Origin: a virus
Taxonomy: Duplodnaviria > Caudoviricetes
Virus record (IMG/VR): IMGVR_UViG_3300023179_008764
Coordinates: 1-54,972 of that record
Direction: 5' to 3' (one strand)
DNA length: 54,972 nt
Shown: positions 28,016 through 37,659 of the stretch, piece after piece
Layout of the letters: each line of letters opens with the position of its first letter
Numbering within the stretch: position 1 is the stretch's first letter
Translations under genes and position numbers: made by a program
The notes under the pieces: model-generated
Databases searched by the model: none
Told to the model about the DNA's origin: nothing
The model's input: only the letters and a program-made list of their open reading frames with translations

Positions 28016-28665
28016 TTTTTTAGATTATTTTTTATCATTTTTAATAAAGCTAGTTTGTTTTTTGTCCCTTCTACATAGTTTGCGTGATGTAATAAAATAT
28101 TTTTTGGCGGAATAATGTTTGTATAATTGTCCCACACAAAAGTGCCGTTAGGGTTTTCAAAAAAATTACCTACTGTAAAGTATTTTTCTTTATTAAGTAA
28201 TCCGCTATTTAAATAGGGTCTAAAATAATTTAATGCTGCCTGGTCATTGACTAATGTTCGAAAATTAAGTCTTATTTTTTCCCATAGCGTTTTTGTCTTT
28301 TCATTAGCTTTGCAGGCAAAAAATCCCGCACATAAACTACCTCTGTCCTCCTGACATACTATATCTTTATCTTTAATTTGATTCGTAATATCCTCTAAAA
28401 AAGGTGAAAAGAACTGAACGTCACAATCTGAAAATATAAACCAATCACCCCAATTTTCTTCTATAGCGGCTAATATTACAGATATCTTATAATTCATTGT
28501 ATCTAGCCAGCCCGGTGACATAAACATCCCCTCTGACGTGGTTTGATCGTGATAGAGTACTCTAAGCTTAAGATCTGATTTACTGTAGATTTTTCTTAAA
28601 GTAGGCAGAAAAAAATCATTATAAAGCTCTTTATGACTATCGCTATAGTGCGAATATAATACCAT
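28012..28665 (-). CDS. Nucleotide-diphospho-sugar transferase (GT-A, GT77-like)
   Basis: FSDCDV, CAGFF, NDQAALN, HHAN. Confidence 0.8.
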   Translation of the reverse strand: MVLYSHYSDSHKELYNDFFLPTLRKIYSKSDLKLRVLYHDQTTSEGMFMSPGWLDTMNYKISVILAAIEENWGDWFIFSDCDVQFFSPFLEDITNQIKDKDIVCQEDRGSLCAGFFACKANEKTKTLWEKIRLNFRTLVNDQAALNYFRPYLNSGLLNKEKYFTVGNFFENPNGTFVWDNYTNIIPPKNILLHHANYVEGTKNKLALLKMIKNNLKK

Positions 28666-28672
28666 CCGTATA

Positions 28673-29431
28673 TTATACTAAATGCTTTTTGTGTTGCAAC
28701 AGTTTTCGCATTAAATGTAGTTCTTTTAATCTTGTATCTCTAACAGTACTATTATAATAAAAACATTTAAATAATCGTTTATTAAGACATGCAATCTTTA
28801 CTAAATTTTGTTTAAGAAATTGACTACGCAAATAAAGATCACCTTCATTCTTTGTGCGTAATTCTGAGTATGTTTTGTCGCATAACTCCAAAAGAAAATT
28901 TATCTTAGCTACATACGGTCTGTTAATTATGTCTAATAAATTCGTATCTCTAAATACGGATGTAGGGTATAGAGACAATATTAAATTTTTTGAGATGTGA
29001 TGGGTTTTTTGAGCATTATGATTTATTTCACCTGATTTAATGCATAATGATAAAAAAGTGATATCTTTATTTTTCTTATATAATTCTAACACTTCATCTA
29101 TAAATTTTGTATTTTTTGTTACACATGCAGCATCGTCAGGCAAATAAACAATATCTGTAAATCCCTCTTCTTGTAATTTTAACAAATGAGAAGTGAAAAC
29201 TAAATTAAATGATTCAGCTTTATATAACAAAAATTCTACGTTTTTTAAATTTTTTTTAATTTTTAAAGCAACATTTCTGCAATATTCTCTATCTAATACA
29301 TTATGAAAACAAAAAAATCTTTTGTTTAGTTTATTTAAAAAATAAGCTAATGAAGCGTCTTGGGAGTAAAAATTTGAAACCTCTTCTCTACCTGTTGTAT
29401 GGGTAGGCGTAAAATTAGCTAACTTTTTCAA
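28673..29431 (-). CDS. Hypothetical protein, possibly divergent GT-A
   Basis: IVYLPDD inside the glycosyltransferase cluster. Confidence 0.45.
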   Translation of the reverse strand: MKKLANFTPTHTTGREEVSNFYSQDASLAYFLNKLNKRFFCFHNVLDREYCRNVALKIKKNLKNVEFLLYKAESFNLVFTSHLLKLQEEGFTDIVYLPDDAACVTKNTKFIDEVLELYKKNKDITFLSLCIKSGEINHNAQKTHHISKNLILSLYPTSVFRDTNLLDIINRPYVAKINFLLELCDKTYSELRTKNEGDLYLRSQFLKQNLVKIACLNKRLFKCFYYNSTVRDTRLKELHLMRKLLQHKKHLV

Positions 29432-30182
29432 TAGTACCTCCTCGAGTATCTACTTTTGACCAATCGGGTTTCATATTTAAATATTTACTTAATCTATTAA
29501 CTGCGTCTATACGGTCATCTACTAGATCATACCATAATTTATCGCTTATTTTGTCGTGATTATCTGAGAGCATTCTATCTGCAGTGTTATCTTTCTTACG
29601 ACCACCATAAACCCAGTGATTATGTTGAATATGAATATCTCTTCTATATTTTACGCGTTTAAAAGTATTAAACGTTTGATACATCCATTGATCTGACCAG
29701 TTAATTAAAAACTCTTCTTTTGTAAGGTATCCTAATGTTTCGTAATATTTTCTATGTAAAAAAGCGTTAACACAAATCTCATCTACCTCGCGATGGCCGT
29801 CATAACAATGAACCAGCTTAATATTATCTTTAGGGCAATTGTTTGCATTAAATTCTTCTAAGATCTTTTCATCCCAATTAGACGTCTTAAAAATCATATC
29901 ATCACCTATGTAGCCAAATATTTCAGCTTCTGTGTTTTTAGCGAGTATATTCCATATACGATTAATACCAATAAACTTGCCATTATTTTTAATATCAACA
30001 ATACGTACACAAGGAATAGCTGCAGCTATTTTGTAAGTAATTTCTCTGGTAGGATCATCCTCATCGATACCAAATACGATTTCAACATTATTAATATCCT
30101 TTACGGTAGTAATAATGGAACTGATTAACGTTAATTTAAGATTTAACCGCTCTCTGCTTGGAATTAGAAGACTTATTTTCAT
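29415..30182 (-). CDS. Family 2 glycosyltransferase
   Basis: ISLLIPSRER, GIDEDD, YIGDDMIF, WSD. Confidence 0.82.
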   Translation of the reverse strand: MKISLLIPSRERLNLKLTLISSIITTVKDINNVEIVFGIDEDDPTREITYKIAAAIPCVRIVDIKNNGKFIGINRIWNILAKNTEAEIFGYIGDDMIFKTSNWDEKILEEFNANNCPKDNIKLVHCYDGHREVDEICVNAFLHRKYYETLGYLTKEEFLINWSDQWMYQTFNTFKRVKYRRDIHIQHNHWVYGGRKKDNTADRMLSDNHDKISDKLWYDLVDDRIDAVNRLSKYLNMKPDWSKVDTRGGTIEKVS

Positions 30183-30993
30183 ATTTCTTTCTTATTTTCT
30201 TAAGAATTTTTAACACCTCATCTTTTGAGGTATCAGGCACTGCGTTTTGCCAAGCCGGTTGAAACCCGTGCTTGTTTTGAAACAATCTAGCCCCATTAAC
30301 AATATTTTGTTTCCAATCAGCTCTAGGTCTAATTGAACTGCTATATTCCGAACACTCTACTTCTTCTAGGTATTCATAACTTTTTTCTATATCAGGAAAA
30401 TTCCAATAAGGCGTTCCGTACCCTGCTTTAAAGATCCGATAATCATGATCTACATGCTCAAAAGCGTTAGTATATTCCTCATCTAATAACCCTACCTCTT
30501 TTAAAACATTTTTAGAATAATAACAAAAAGCCCCAACGCTATGTGCATTAATAGCTATTTTTACTGCACCGTAATCCACGACATATCTTGGTGATGGTGT
30601 ACCTTTCGAAACATTACCGCGATTAGCTGGCCCATGATAACCAAAATTAAAATGCTGTATACCGGTAATATTTCTAGCTTTTATATACTCATTAAAAATT
30701 TCGGGATTCTTTACTACTATATCATCCTCTACTATAAAAATATGATCGCAATCTTCTTCAAGTAAATATCTTAAAAGTATGTTTTTTGATTTACCAACCC
30801 CCAAGTTAACTTTATTATGAAAATATTCAAAATTCTTTTCTTTTTTAAGTTTATCAATATCTGCAAAATCTGAACCATCATTGACTACCGCTAATGTATA
30901 CTCTTTAGGAATTGATCTAAAAGACTTTATAAAGAAACTAGGCCTATTACATGTAACTATACCAACACCAATTTTATTGCTATTTACACTCAT
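30136..30993 (-). CDS. Family 2 glycosyltransferase
   Basis: GIVTCNR, VVNDGS, NLGVGKSKN, IVEDDI, VGLLDE, FEHVD. Confidence 0.88.
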   Translation of the reverse strand: MSVNSNKIGVGIVTCNRPSFFIKSFRSIPKEYTLAVVNDGSDFADIDKLKKEKNFEYFHNKVNLGVGKSKNILLRYLLEEDCDHIFIVEDDIVVKNPEIFNEYIKARNITGIQHFNFGYHGPANRGNVSKGTPSPRYVVDYGAVKIAINAHSVGAFCYYSKNVLKEVGLLDEEYTNAFEHVDHDYRIFKAGYGTPYWNFPDIEKSYEYLEEVECSEYSSSIRPRADWKQNIVNGARLFQNKHGFQPAWQNAVPDTSKDEVLKILKKIRKKYENKSSNSKQRAVKS

Positions 30994-31024
30994 TGATTTA
31001 TATATTTTAATATAAATATAATAA

Positions 31025-31762
31025 ATGGCAATTAATACTACAAACAGTAATTTCGTTAATATAAACAGCCTTCCGCAAACGCAAGAAGCTATGGATGGTG
31101 ATTTATTAATTATTCAAACGGAAAACGGTACGCAAACAATAGACTTTACTAATTTAAATGTTGTAAAGACTGATGCAGCTGGTAATGCTACTATTGTAGG
31201 CAACTTAACTGGAAATAATGCTAAATTTGAAACACTTACAGCTAGTGTTGTAGGTGGTTCATCATTTTCTGCGAATAGTAAAGAGGGGTTTACAGCAGTT
31301 CAAGGTTATTATAATTTTTTTACTGTAGAAGCTGGTATTGTTACTAGCGCAGTTCAGACAACCCCTTCCCCGGAATATACTAATTTAACTAGTACATTTC
31401 TACCGGCTATGACAAGCTGGCAAAATTCTGTTTATAAAAGAATAGTAGATTACAATAGTTATATTACAGTTTTAGCAGGTGAAACCTACGCTACAGTAAG
31501 TATACCAAATTTTTACGTTACATACCCCGATGTAGGTGATACTGATCTTAAAATGTGGCATGTAATAATATTTTGTAATAACCCGCTACTTTACAACAAC
31601 ACAACAAGCCCTATCTCTGGATTACCTTATGCATCGGCTGAAGATAGCGCAGTAAACACCACATTAACAAAAGACGGAAGCAATCTTAATTTTAGACTTA
31701 ATACAGGCGTTAAGGTACCGCAAAATACAGCATTTTACTACCGAATACTTTACACTTATTGA
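31025..31762 (+). CDS. Late structural protein (tail/fibre-associated)
   Basis: TATAAATA-N6-ATG; NINSLP..DGDLLIIQ N-terminus; Thr/Asn-rich beta-type composition. Confidence 0.55.
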   Translation: MAINTTNSNFVNINSLPQTQEAMDGDLLIIQTENGTQTIDFTNLNVVKTDAAGNATIVGNLTGNNAKFETLTASVVGGSSFSANSKEGFTAVQGYYNFFTVEAGIVTSAVQTTPSPEYTNLTSTFLPAMTSWQNSVYKRIVDYNSYITVLAGETYATVSIPNFYVTYPDVGDTDLKMWHVIIFCNNPLLYNNTTSPISGLPYASAEDSAVNTTLTKDGSNLNFRLNTGVKVPQNTAFYYRILYTY

Positions 31763-31971
31763 ACGTGAAATAAAAGAGCTTTATTAATACGAGCTAAAGC
31801 TTTACGAGGATGATGACCTTCATCAATTAACCTTTTATATTCGTTTTTAAAAGCTTTTACAAAATCTTCAGATAATTTAAAATTTTTTGGATAAAATTCT
31901 CTTTTTACTGTACGAATACTTCTAAAATTTTCTAGTAATGATTCGTACTTTTTGTTAAAGTCTGCCTTCAT
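31756..31971 (-). CDS. Small late protein (start moved to ATG 31971)
   Basis: TAAATA-N5-ATG; MKADFNKKYESLLE leader. Confidence 0.6.
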   Translation of the reverse strand: MKADFNKKYESLLENFRSIRTVKREFYPKNFKLSEDFVKAFKNEYKRLIDEGHHPRKALARINKALLFHVQ

Positions 31972-31975
31972 ACTA

Positions 31976-32716
31976 TTATTTAATCCCGCGGATAATTTGA
32001 TTCTTAAATTTTTGCTCTTCTTGTTCATCATAAAGTGCACGCTTTTGTGCTCTAAGAAGAGTTTCCATCTGGTTTAAATTTTCAGGATTTAACACACTAG
32101 AATCATTATCTATTACACTACCATCTTTATTAATGTATAGCTTTATAATTTCGACACGTTCTTCTGGAGTACCAAAGACTTCTATCATCGGAGGCCTATC
32201 ATCTTTTGCCATAAAAGGGCAAACACCTTTACTCATTAAATTGTAAGATATTGCTTTAAAAATATTATCAATTTCTTTAATAAACGTTTCGTCTATTTCT
32301 CTATTCTCTTTTAGTTCAACCTTTACCGGAGCCGCCTTTGTAATAGGTATAAAGAAAATTATATCAATTGCTTTCATGCTTTCTTGTACAAGAGGAATAC
32401 ATTTATTAATAAATTCCTTATCAATATCAGATGACTTTTTATCCTCAGCCCATAATGAATAAACCAAATTGTCTAAAGGGCATCTATCAAAAATAATATT
32501 ATCTGTTTTATCAGTTTTTTGAATATCATCAATAAGACAGTTAAGAATTTTCCATTGACTTTCTTGATCTACAAACTTATTAATTTTTAATTTATCATTT
32601 TTTAAAGCTTTGCGGTATGATTCTTCCGATCTTTTATAATTTGGCCAATTTTTTAAAAAATCATTTACTAAGGTAGACTTACCTTGACATGCTGTGCCTG
32701 AAATTGCTATTCTCAT
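31976..32716 (-). CDS. P-loop nucleotide kinase-like protein (AAA_28/dNMP kinase type)
   Basis: GTACQGKST, FDRCPLDNLVY; downstream of queE. Confidence 0.78.
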   Translation of the reverse strand: MRIAISGTACQGKSTLVNDFLKNWPNYKRSEESYRKALKNDKLKINKFVDQESQWKILNCLIDDIQKTDKTDNIIFDRCPLDNLVYSLWAEDKKSSDIDKEFINKCIPLVQESMKAIDIIFFIPITKAAPVKVELKENREIDETFIKEIDNIFKAISYNLMSKGVCPFMAKDDRPPMIEVFGTPEERVEIIKLYINKDGSVIDNDSSVLNPENLNQMETLLRAQKRALYDEQEEQKFKNQIIRGIK

Positions 32717-32877
32717 TTTTTTAATTTATTTATAAAGCTTCCAACAATAATATACACTTTGTCATTATCTAATCCTTTTCCGTCTGTAAGCTCATTAATC
32801 CATTGTTCGACAGAAAGCTTATCCAAATCTTCTAATTTTTCTTCTTCAGGTCCTTTAACAAATTCTTTAAAATTCAT
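32713..32877 (-). CDS. 54-aa hypothetical protein (not in ORF track)
   Basis: MNFKEFVKGPEEEKLEDLDK...SFINKLKK; ATGA overlaps at both ends. Confidence 0.65.
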   Translation of the reverse strand: MNFKEFVKGPEEEKLEDLDKLSVEQWINELTDGKGLDNDKVYIIVGSFINKLKK

Positions 32878-33614
32878 ACTTTTAAAGCTTTATCCCAAAT
32901 TACAAGCTGAAGCCTCGGGCTAAATTTAAGATTATGTCTCTTGCATAAATCAGCAACAAATACAGCTTTTTCAACATGCTCAGCTCGGCTACCGCAACAA
33001 GGCATTAACCATACACGCTCTTTAGGTACTTTAATAGATGGTTCACTAATATACTTTTCAAACACTTCTAAAAGATCATTTTCATCGTTAATAACAAATT
33101 TAAACCCAGAATTATTCTTAACATGCCATTTTAATACTTCTGGCTTATATCTCTTTTCAATAGGATCTCCATTATTAGAAAGCTTAGGTGAAGTAGTAAA
33201 TGTAGCTTTCCAATCCAACCATTGCTGATCAGGTAAAATAGTAGCGTTAGTTTCAAAATCTATTCTCGGTACAAAACCAAATCTAAAAATAAATTGGTCT
33301 ACTAATTCAAGTAAAGCTTTCTGCTGAATAAGAGGCTCACCACCCGTAATCTTCCAGATAGCACCGTCTTTTAAGTAGCAATTATAACTATTTTGTGACA
33401 TATATTCAAAGACATCATCAAAAGTCATTTTATTTTTAACAGACCAGCTAATAAAACTATCACATCCATTAGGAGAATCTGCAGAAGCAAACCCCTTACA
33501 GGTCAAATTGCACATTGACAGTCGCATAAACACAGAAGGTTGACCAACATACTCGCCTTCCCCCTCTATTGTGTAAAATATTTTATCGTCACTAAGAAAA
33601 ATAGTATTTTCCAT
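32874..33614 (-). CDS. queE: 7-carboxy-7-deazaguanine synthase (radical SAM)
   Basis: FYTIEGEG, CNLTC..CDS, ITGGEP, ETN, SPKL, FSPRLQ. Confidence 0.93.
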   Translation of the reverse strand: MENTIFLSDDKIFYTIEGEGEYVGQPSVFMRLSMCNLTCKGFASADSPNGCDSFISWSVKNKMTFDDVFEYMSQNSYNCYLKDGAIWKITGGEPLIQQKALLELVDQFIFRFGFVPRIDFETNATILPDQQWLDWKATFTTSPKLSNNGDPIEKRYKPEVLKWHVKNNSGFKFVINDENDLLEVFEKYISEPSIKVPKERVWLMPCCGSRAEHVEKAVFVADLCKRHNLKFSPRLQLVIWDKALKV

Positions 33615-33628
33615 ATAGTTAGTATATA

Positions 33629-33835
33629 TTATTTCTTGTAATCATCAACTAGCTTTTTAATTAAACTTTCAGCAATATCTACCATTTCTTTATTATGAGG
33701 GCTATCTGAATATTTCTTTTCTGTGCCGACATATCTATAATACTGATCTCTGGTAATTCTTTTAAATTCACCCAATACATGCCATAAATTGTACATCTCT
33801 TTTTCATTTAACTCTGCATTAATTTTATAATTCAT
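33629..33835 (-). CDS. Hypothetical protein
   Basis: 68-aa ORF behind TTGATT-N16-TATAAT. Confidence 0.6.
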   Translation of the reverse strand: MNYKINAELNEKEMYNLWHVLGEFKRITRDQYYRYVGTEKKYSDSPHNKEMVDIAESLIKKLVDDYKK

Positions 33836-33887
33836 TTTTTTATATTATAATTGACAAAACGACTTAATCAAGAATAAATATTAATAG

Positions 33888-34628
33888 ATGTCTAAGAAAG
33901 ATAGACAGCTTAAAAAAGCTGCCAAAGATGATAGTAAACTAATTAAATCTGATATTTTTTTAAATTTTCAAATTAATCAAAAATATCACTTTAATGATCA
34001 TCATAAAGCTTTTGTAGAGACTGCGTTCAGAGATGATTCGCATATAATCTTTTGTGATGGACCTGCTGGCTCCGCTAAAACGTATTGTGCCGCTTATGTA
34101 GCATTAACACTTTTAAAGGAAAAGAAGATTGATGAAATAGTATATATTAGAAGTATTGTAGAATCTGCTGCTAGAAAGCTAGGAAGTTTACCTGGTGAAG
34201 TAGATGATAAATTTAAGCCATGGAGCATTCCAATGGTAGAAAAATGTGATGAATTAGCTGGCAAACAAGTAACAAACATGTTGTTTGAAAGTGAATACCT
34301 TAAGTGCGTACCTGTTAACTTTTTGAGAGGAACAACATTTACTAATAGTGTTGTAATTGTAGACGAAGCACAAAACTTAGAACATAGCGAGTTAGTTACT
34401 ATTATGACAAGATATGGTAAAAATTGTAAACTATTTGTAATAGGTGATTCTTTTCAATCAGATATTCATAAAGCAGATTTTAGAAATTTATTAAAAGCTT
34501 TTGATAGCAACGAAAGTAAAACTAACGGAATACATGTAAATCATTTCGTAGAGGATGATATAGTAAGAAGTAAATTACTTAAGTTCATCGTAAAAGTTCT
34601 TACGGGGATCAAGTCTAAGCAAATCTAA
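33888..34628 (+). CDS. phoH: PhoH-family ATPase
   Basis: GPAGSAKT, LGSLPG, FLRGTTF, DEAQN, GDSFQSD, DIVRS. Confidence 0.95.
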   Translation: MSKKDRQLKKAAKDDSKLIKSDIFLNFQINQKYHFNDHHKAFVETAFRDDSHIIFCDGPAGSAKTYCAAYVALTLLKEKKIDEIVYIRSIVESAARKLGSLPGEVDDKFKPWSIPMVEKCDELAGKQVTNMLFESEYLKCVPVNFLRGTTFTNSVVIVDEAQNLEHSELVTIMTRYGKNCKLFVIGDSFQSDIHKADFRNLLKAFDSNESKTNGIHVNHFVEDDIVRSKLLKFIVKVLTGIKSKQI

Positions 34629-34769
34629 TAAAGATTTTTTATTTTTTACATAATAATCGTATATACTAGCAATATTATCACCATCTTGACTATTTGTTTT
34701 TAAATCTTTATTTTTAAAATAATCGGAAATCTCTCCACCATAAAGCTGTTGCTTTATTTCAGGATTCAT
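34575..34769 (-). CDS. Hypothetical protein
   Basis: 64-aa ORF; TAATG overlap with the queD stop. Confidence 0.5.
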   Translation of the reverse strand: MNPEIKQQLYGGEISDYFKNKDLKTNSQDGDNIASIYDYYVKNKKSLLDLLRLDPRKNFYDELK

Positions 34770-35455
34770 TAAACACCCCAGCTTGTACCGCCAAAAAGAT
34801 TTGAAAAGCCTGTAGTTACTTTATTACCTACCGGTGCCGGTTTTGGGCCTTGCATAGGAGGATTCTTCAAAACCTGCGCAAGATTTACACCCGTCTCTTC
34901 TCTAACCTCATCCATAAAATCAAAAACTTGCTTTGCTCTATTTAATTCAGGTACATTAGATGGTGCTTGTACAGTAGTTGACTCTGTATTACCAGGTGCT
35001 TGTACAGTTACAATTGTAGAGCTTTCAACAATGGCTGAGTTTTTATCATGCTCCCAAACTTCAACCTTTTCAACCCAACATCTACCATTAGTTAGATCGC
35101 GAATAAATGTATCTGAAACTTTAAGGCACCATTCAGCTGTTTTTTCGATACCCACCCCATCTTCCATAATTCGTAAATCACAACCACGAGCTGCGTGTAA
35201 TGATTTAAATCCTTCTAACAACGGGTCATCTCCCGCAATGCATAATGTATGGTCAAATTGTTTTTCGAGTATTTTCTTTAAATCCTTTAACCCACCAAAA
35301 TCTACAACCCAATTCTTATCATCCAATGTATTGCAACCAAACCAGAATTTAGCTACCAATCTATATCCGTGAATAAACTTACAATGACTATCAGCTCTCC
35401 ATTGTCTAAATGCACAACTACCCAACTCAATAATTTTAGTACTAGTATACTTCAT
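34769..35455 (-). CDS. queD: 6-carboxy-5,6,7,8-tetrahydropterin synthase with C-terminal extension
   Basis: HCKFIHGY, VVDFGGLK, FDHT, VEVWEHDKNSA. Confidence 0.9.
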   Translation of the reverse strand: MKYTSTKIIELGSCAFRQWRADSHCKFIHGYRLVAKFWFGCNTLDDKNWVVDFGGLKDLKKILEKQFDHTLCIAGDDPLLEGFKSLHAARGCDLRIMEDGVGIEKTAEWCLKVSDTFIRDLTNGRCWVEKVEVWEHDKNSAIVESSTIVTVQAPGNTESTTVQAPSNVPELNRAKQVFDFMDEVREETGVNLAQVLKNPPMQGPKPAPVGNKVTTGFSNLFGGTSWGV

Positions 35456-35480
35456 AGATCTTCTTTTCTAATATCTATAT

Positions 35481-35509
35481 ATTATAATCAAAACTAGTTA
35501 AAAAATCAA
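35481..35509 (-). promoter_or_regulatory. Sigma70-like promoter TTGATT-N17-TATAAT for queD
   Basis: Near-consensus hexamers in the intergenic region. Confidence 0.7.
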
Positions 35510-35513
35510 CTGT

Positions 35514-35717
35514 TTATTTTATTATTCCGTTAATATTATTTTCAGTAAGATACTTTTCTGCTTCTTCTCTTAATTTAAAAACAGCCGGAAAGCCAGTAGG
35601 CAAAATATGTACATCTTTAGTACTATTATCGTAAATGTAATAACCAGGCTTTTGCAGCTTTTTTAATTTTTCAGGAAGCTGATTTGTTTTGAATTGCTTT
35701 AACATTATAAACCTCAC
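35514..35717 (-). CDS. Hypothetical protein
   Basis: 67-aa ORF; start uncertain. Confidence 0.5.
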   Translation of the reverse strand: MRFIMLKQFKTNQLPEKLKKLQKPGYYIYDNSTKDVHILPTGFPAVFKLREEAEKYLTENNINGIIK

Positions 35718-35892
35718 CTAGTACTTTATTGACAATGTCGTCAAAGCTTTCTTTTTTAAGAAATTTTTTAATTTCTTTTTTAGGCATTTTTTTTGCAACT
35801 TTTTTAGCTGCTCCTTTAACACCTTTTTGATGTTTTTTAGCGCCCATAACTGCACCAAAAAATTTTCTTTGTTTTTCAGATTTTGCAGGCAT
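35671..35892 (-). CDS. Small Lys-rich late protein, possible DNA-binding head protein (start moved to ATG 35892)
   Basis: TAAATA-N5-ATG; MPAKSEKQRKFFGAV...KKVAKKMPKKEIKKF. Confidence 0.65.
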   Translation of the reverse strand: MPAKSEKQRKFFGAVMGAKKHQKGVKGAAKKVAKKMPKKEIKKFLKKESFDDIVNKVLGEVYNVKAIQNKSAS

Positions 35893-35896
35893 GTTA

Positions 35897-36616
35897 TTAT
35901 TTATTTTTTTTACTTGGAATTCTACGAACTTTTTGCCATTCGCTTCCATATCTCTTACTATCACGAAAACGATCTCTCTTCCAATCCGGTCTTAATTTGT
36001 AATTATGCCCCCATCTAATTACTGGGTCTAAAACTCTACCTACATTACCACCTATGACAACATCATGCGCTGCATCAACAGCTTTAAAAGGTGCTTGTAC
36101 TGCACCTTTTGCCAATTCCGCTGTCTTACCGATAGCTCTACGAGCTCCATGAGCTAGCTTGCTAATTAAACCTTCGTTCAGCGGACCATCATGCATAATA
36201 AACGATTTATAAAGGTTAGATAGGTTTTCATCTGTAAATCCTTTTTGTTTTAAAAATGTCTCAATATCACTTAAATTGTTCGAACTTGCAACATTACATA
36301 GAATAGGATCACCCTCTTGTGTACCGCATCTTAACATTTCGCTTAGAATAAAACTTTTTAATTCTTCAAAAGTTTCTAATTTATCGTCTTCAGCTATAGC
36401 TTCAATAAATTCTAGGGGTATTTCTTCTATAGGCATATCTGGTGAAAGAACTAAAATCTTTAGCTTACCTACACCTTCAGCAAGGATATAACCCTCATAA
36501 CCATCTACTTTAGATAGATCTTGTTCTGCGCTTATCTTAGCTGGATCTACTTTAATTCTTATTCTTTTTAAAGCTGTCTTTTGAAGGCTTTCTTCTATTA
36601 TCTGACTAAATTTCAC
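35897..36616 (-). CDS. Hypothetical late protein (start moved to GTG 36616)
   Basis: TAAATA-N5-GTG; MKFSQIIEE leader and internal LNE|G. Confidence 0.65.
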   Translation of the reverse strand: MKFSQIIEESLQKTALKRIRIKVDPAKISAEQDLSKVDGYEGYILAEGVGKLKILVLSPDMPIEEIPLEFIEAIAEDDKLETFEELKSFILSEMLRCGTQEGDPILCNVASSNNLSDIETFLKQKGFTDENLSNLYKSFIMHDGPLNEGLISKLAHGARRAIGKTAELAKGAVQAPFKAVDAAHDVVIGGNVGRVLDPVIRWGHNYKLRPDWKRDRFRDSKRYGSEWQKVRRIPSKKNK

Positions 36617-36664
36617 GTAATTATTTATGTTGATCTCGTTATATCTTATCATATAATAGCTATT

Positions 36665-37318
36665 ATGTTTAAAAAGAAATTGGCTTTCGCGAATCACAAT
36701 CATCCTCATACACAAGAAGAAACACAGCAAATAATAGAAAAAGCTGCTAAAGCTTACGAGGCGTATATGGATGCTCTAGGGTATGATTGGAGAAACGATC
36801 CTAATAGTAATAATACACCACATCGTGTTGCTAAAGCTTTTGTAGAAGACTTTGCATGGGGTTGCTATAGTAACCCACCAAAAGTAACTGCTTTTGATAA
36901 TGTAGATAAGTATGATGGGATAGTAGCACAAACAAATATTAAGCTTACTTCGCTTTGCTCACATCATCATGCACCCTTTATGGGGTTTGCTCATGTTGCT
37001 TACATACCTGCTAAGGATGGTAAGGTTATTGGTCTTAGTAAGCTTAATCGTATTGTTGATTGGTTTGCCCGCCGTCCTCAGGTTCAAGAAAACCTTACAA
37101 TGCAAATTCACAAGTACATTGATGAAGTCTGTTTAAAGAATAAGGGGGTGGCTGTTATGATTGAAGCAGCACATACATGTTGTTCGAATCGTGGTATAAG
37201 ACATGATTCTACAATGCGTACTGCGAGAATGTCCGGTGCATTTTTAGATGATAAAGACAATTCTCGTAATGAGTTTTATAAGTTTATTGAATTTGCGCAA
37301 AATAGAAAACTTATCTAA
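36665..37318 (+). CDS. folE: GTP cyclohydrolase I (start moved to ATG 36665)
   Basis: TPHRVAK, SLCSHH, GLSKLNR, QVQENLT, HTCCSNRG; TTGATC-N16-TATAAT-N7-ATG. Confidence 0.96.
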   Translation: MFKKKLAFANHNHPHTQEETQQIIEKAAKAYEAYMDALGYDWRNDPNSNNTPHRVAKAFVEDFAWGCYSNPPKVTAFDNVDKYDGIVAQTNIKLTSLCSHHHAPFMGFAHVAYIPAKDGKVIGLSKLNRIVDWFARRPQVQENLTMQIHKYIDEVCLKNKGVAVMIEAAHTCCSNRGIRHDSTMRTARMSGAFLDDKDNSRNEFYKFIEFAQNRKLI

Positions 37319-37335
37319 AGCGACTAAATAATTAT

Positions 37336-37659
37336 GTGAGTCAGTCGCTATTAATTAATGGCGATTTAATAAACCCTCCATCAAGCATTTCATGTGTGAG
37401 GGATATAACTTTTATTGCTCACGAGTATTTAGATTTAGACGTAATTATAGAGTGCGTGGCTGAGAAAGATTTTTATCATCGTTATCTTAAAAACTTCGGT
37501 GCTATGGATTACATAGATGAGTTAACTGCTTTTGGTGAAGAGGTTGGCATGAGAATAGATAACGATTTTCACTATGACCCGACAATCTATGTTACGGATG
37601 TAATTGATGCTTCTAATGTACAGTTAATTCTTAAGTGTATCGGGTTCAGAGGATTCTGA
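37336..37659 (+). CDS. Hypothetical protein
   Basis: 107-aa ORF; TAAATA-N5-GTG. Confidence 0.65.
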   Translation: MSQSLLINGDLINPPSSISCVRDITFIAHEYLDLDVIIECVAEKDFYHRYLKNFGAMDYIDELTAFGEEVGMRIDNDFHYDPTIYVTDVIDASNVQLILKCIGFRGF

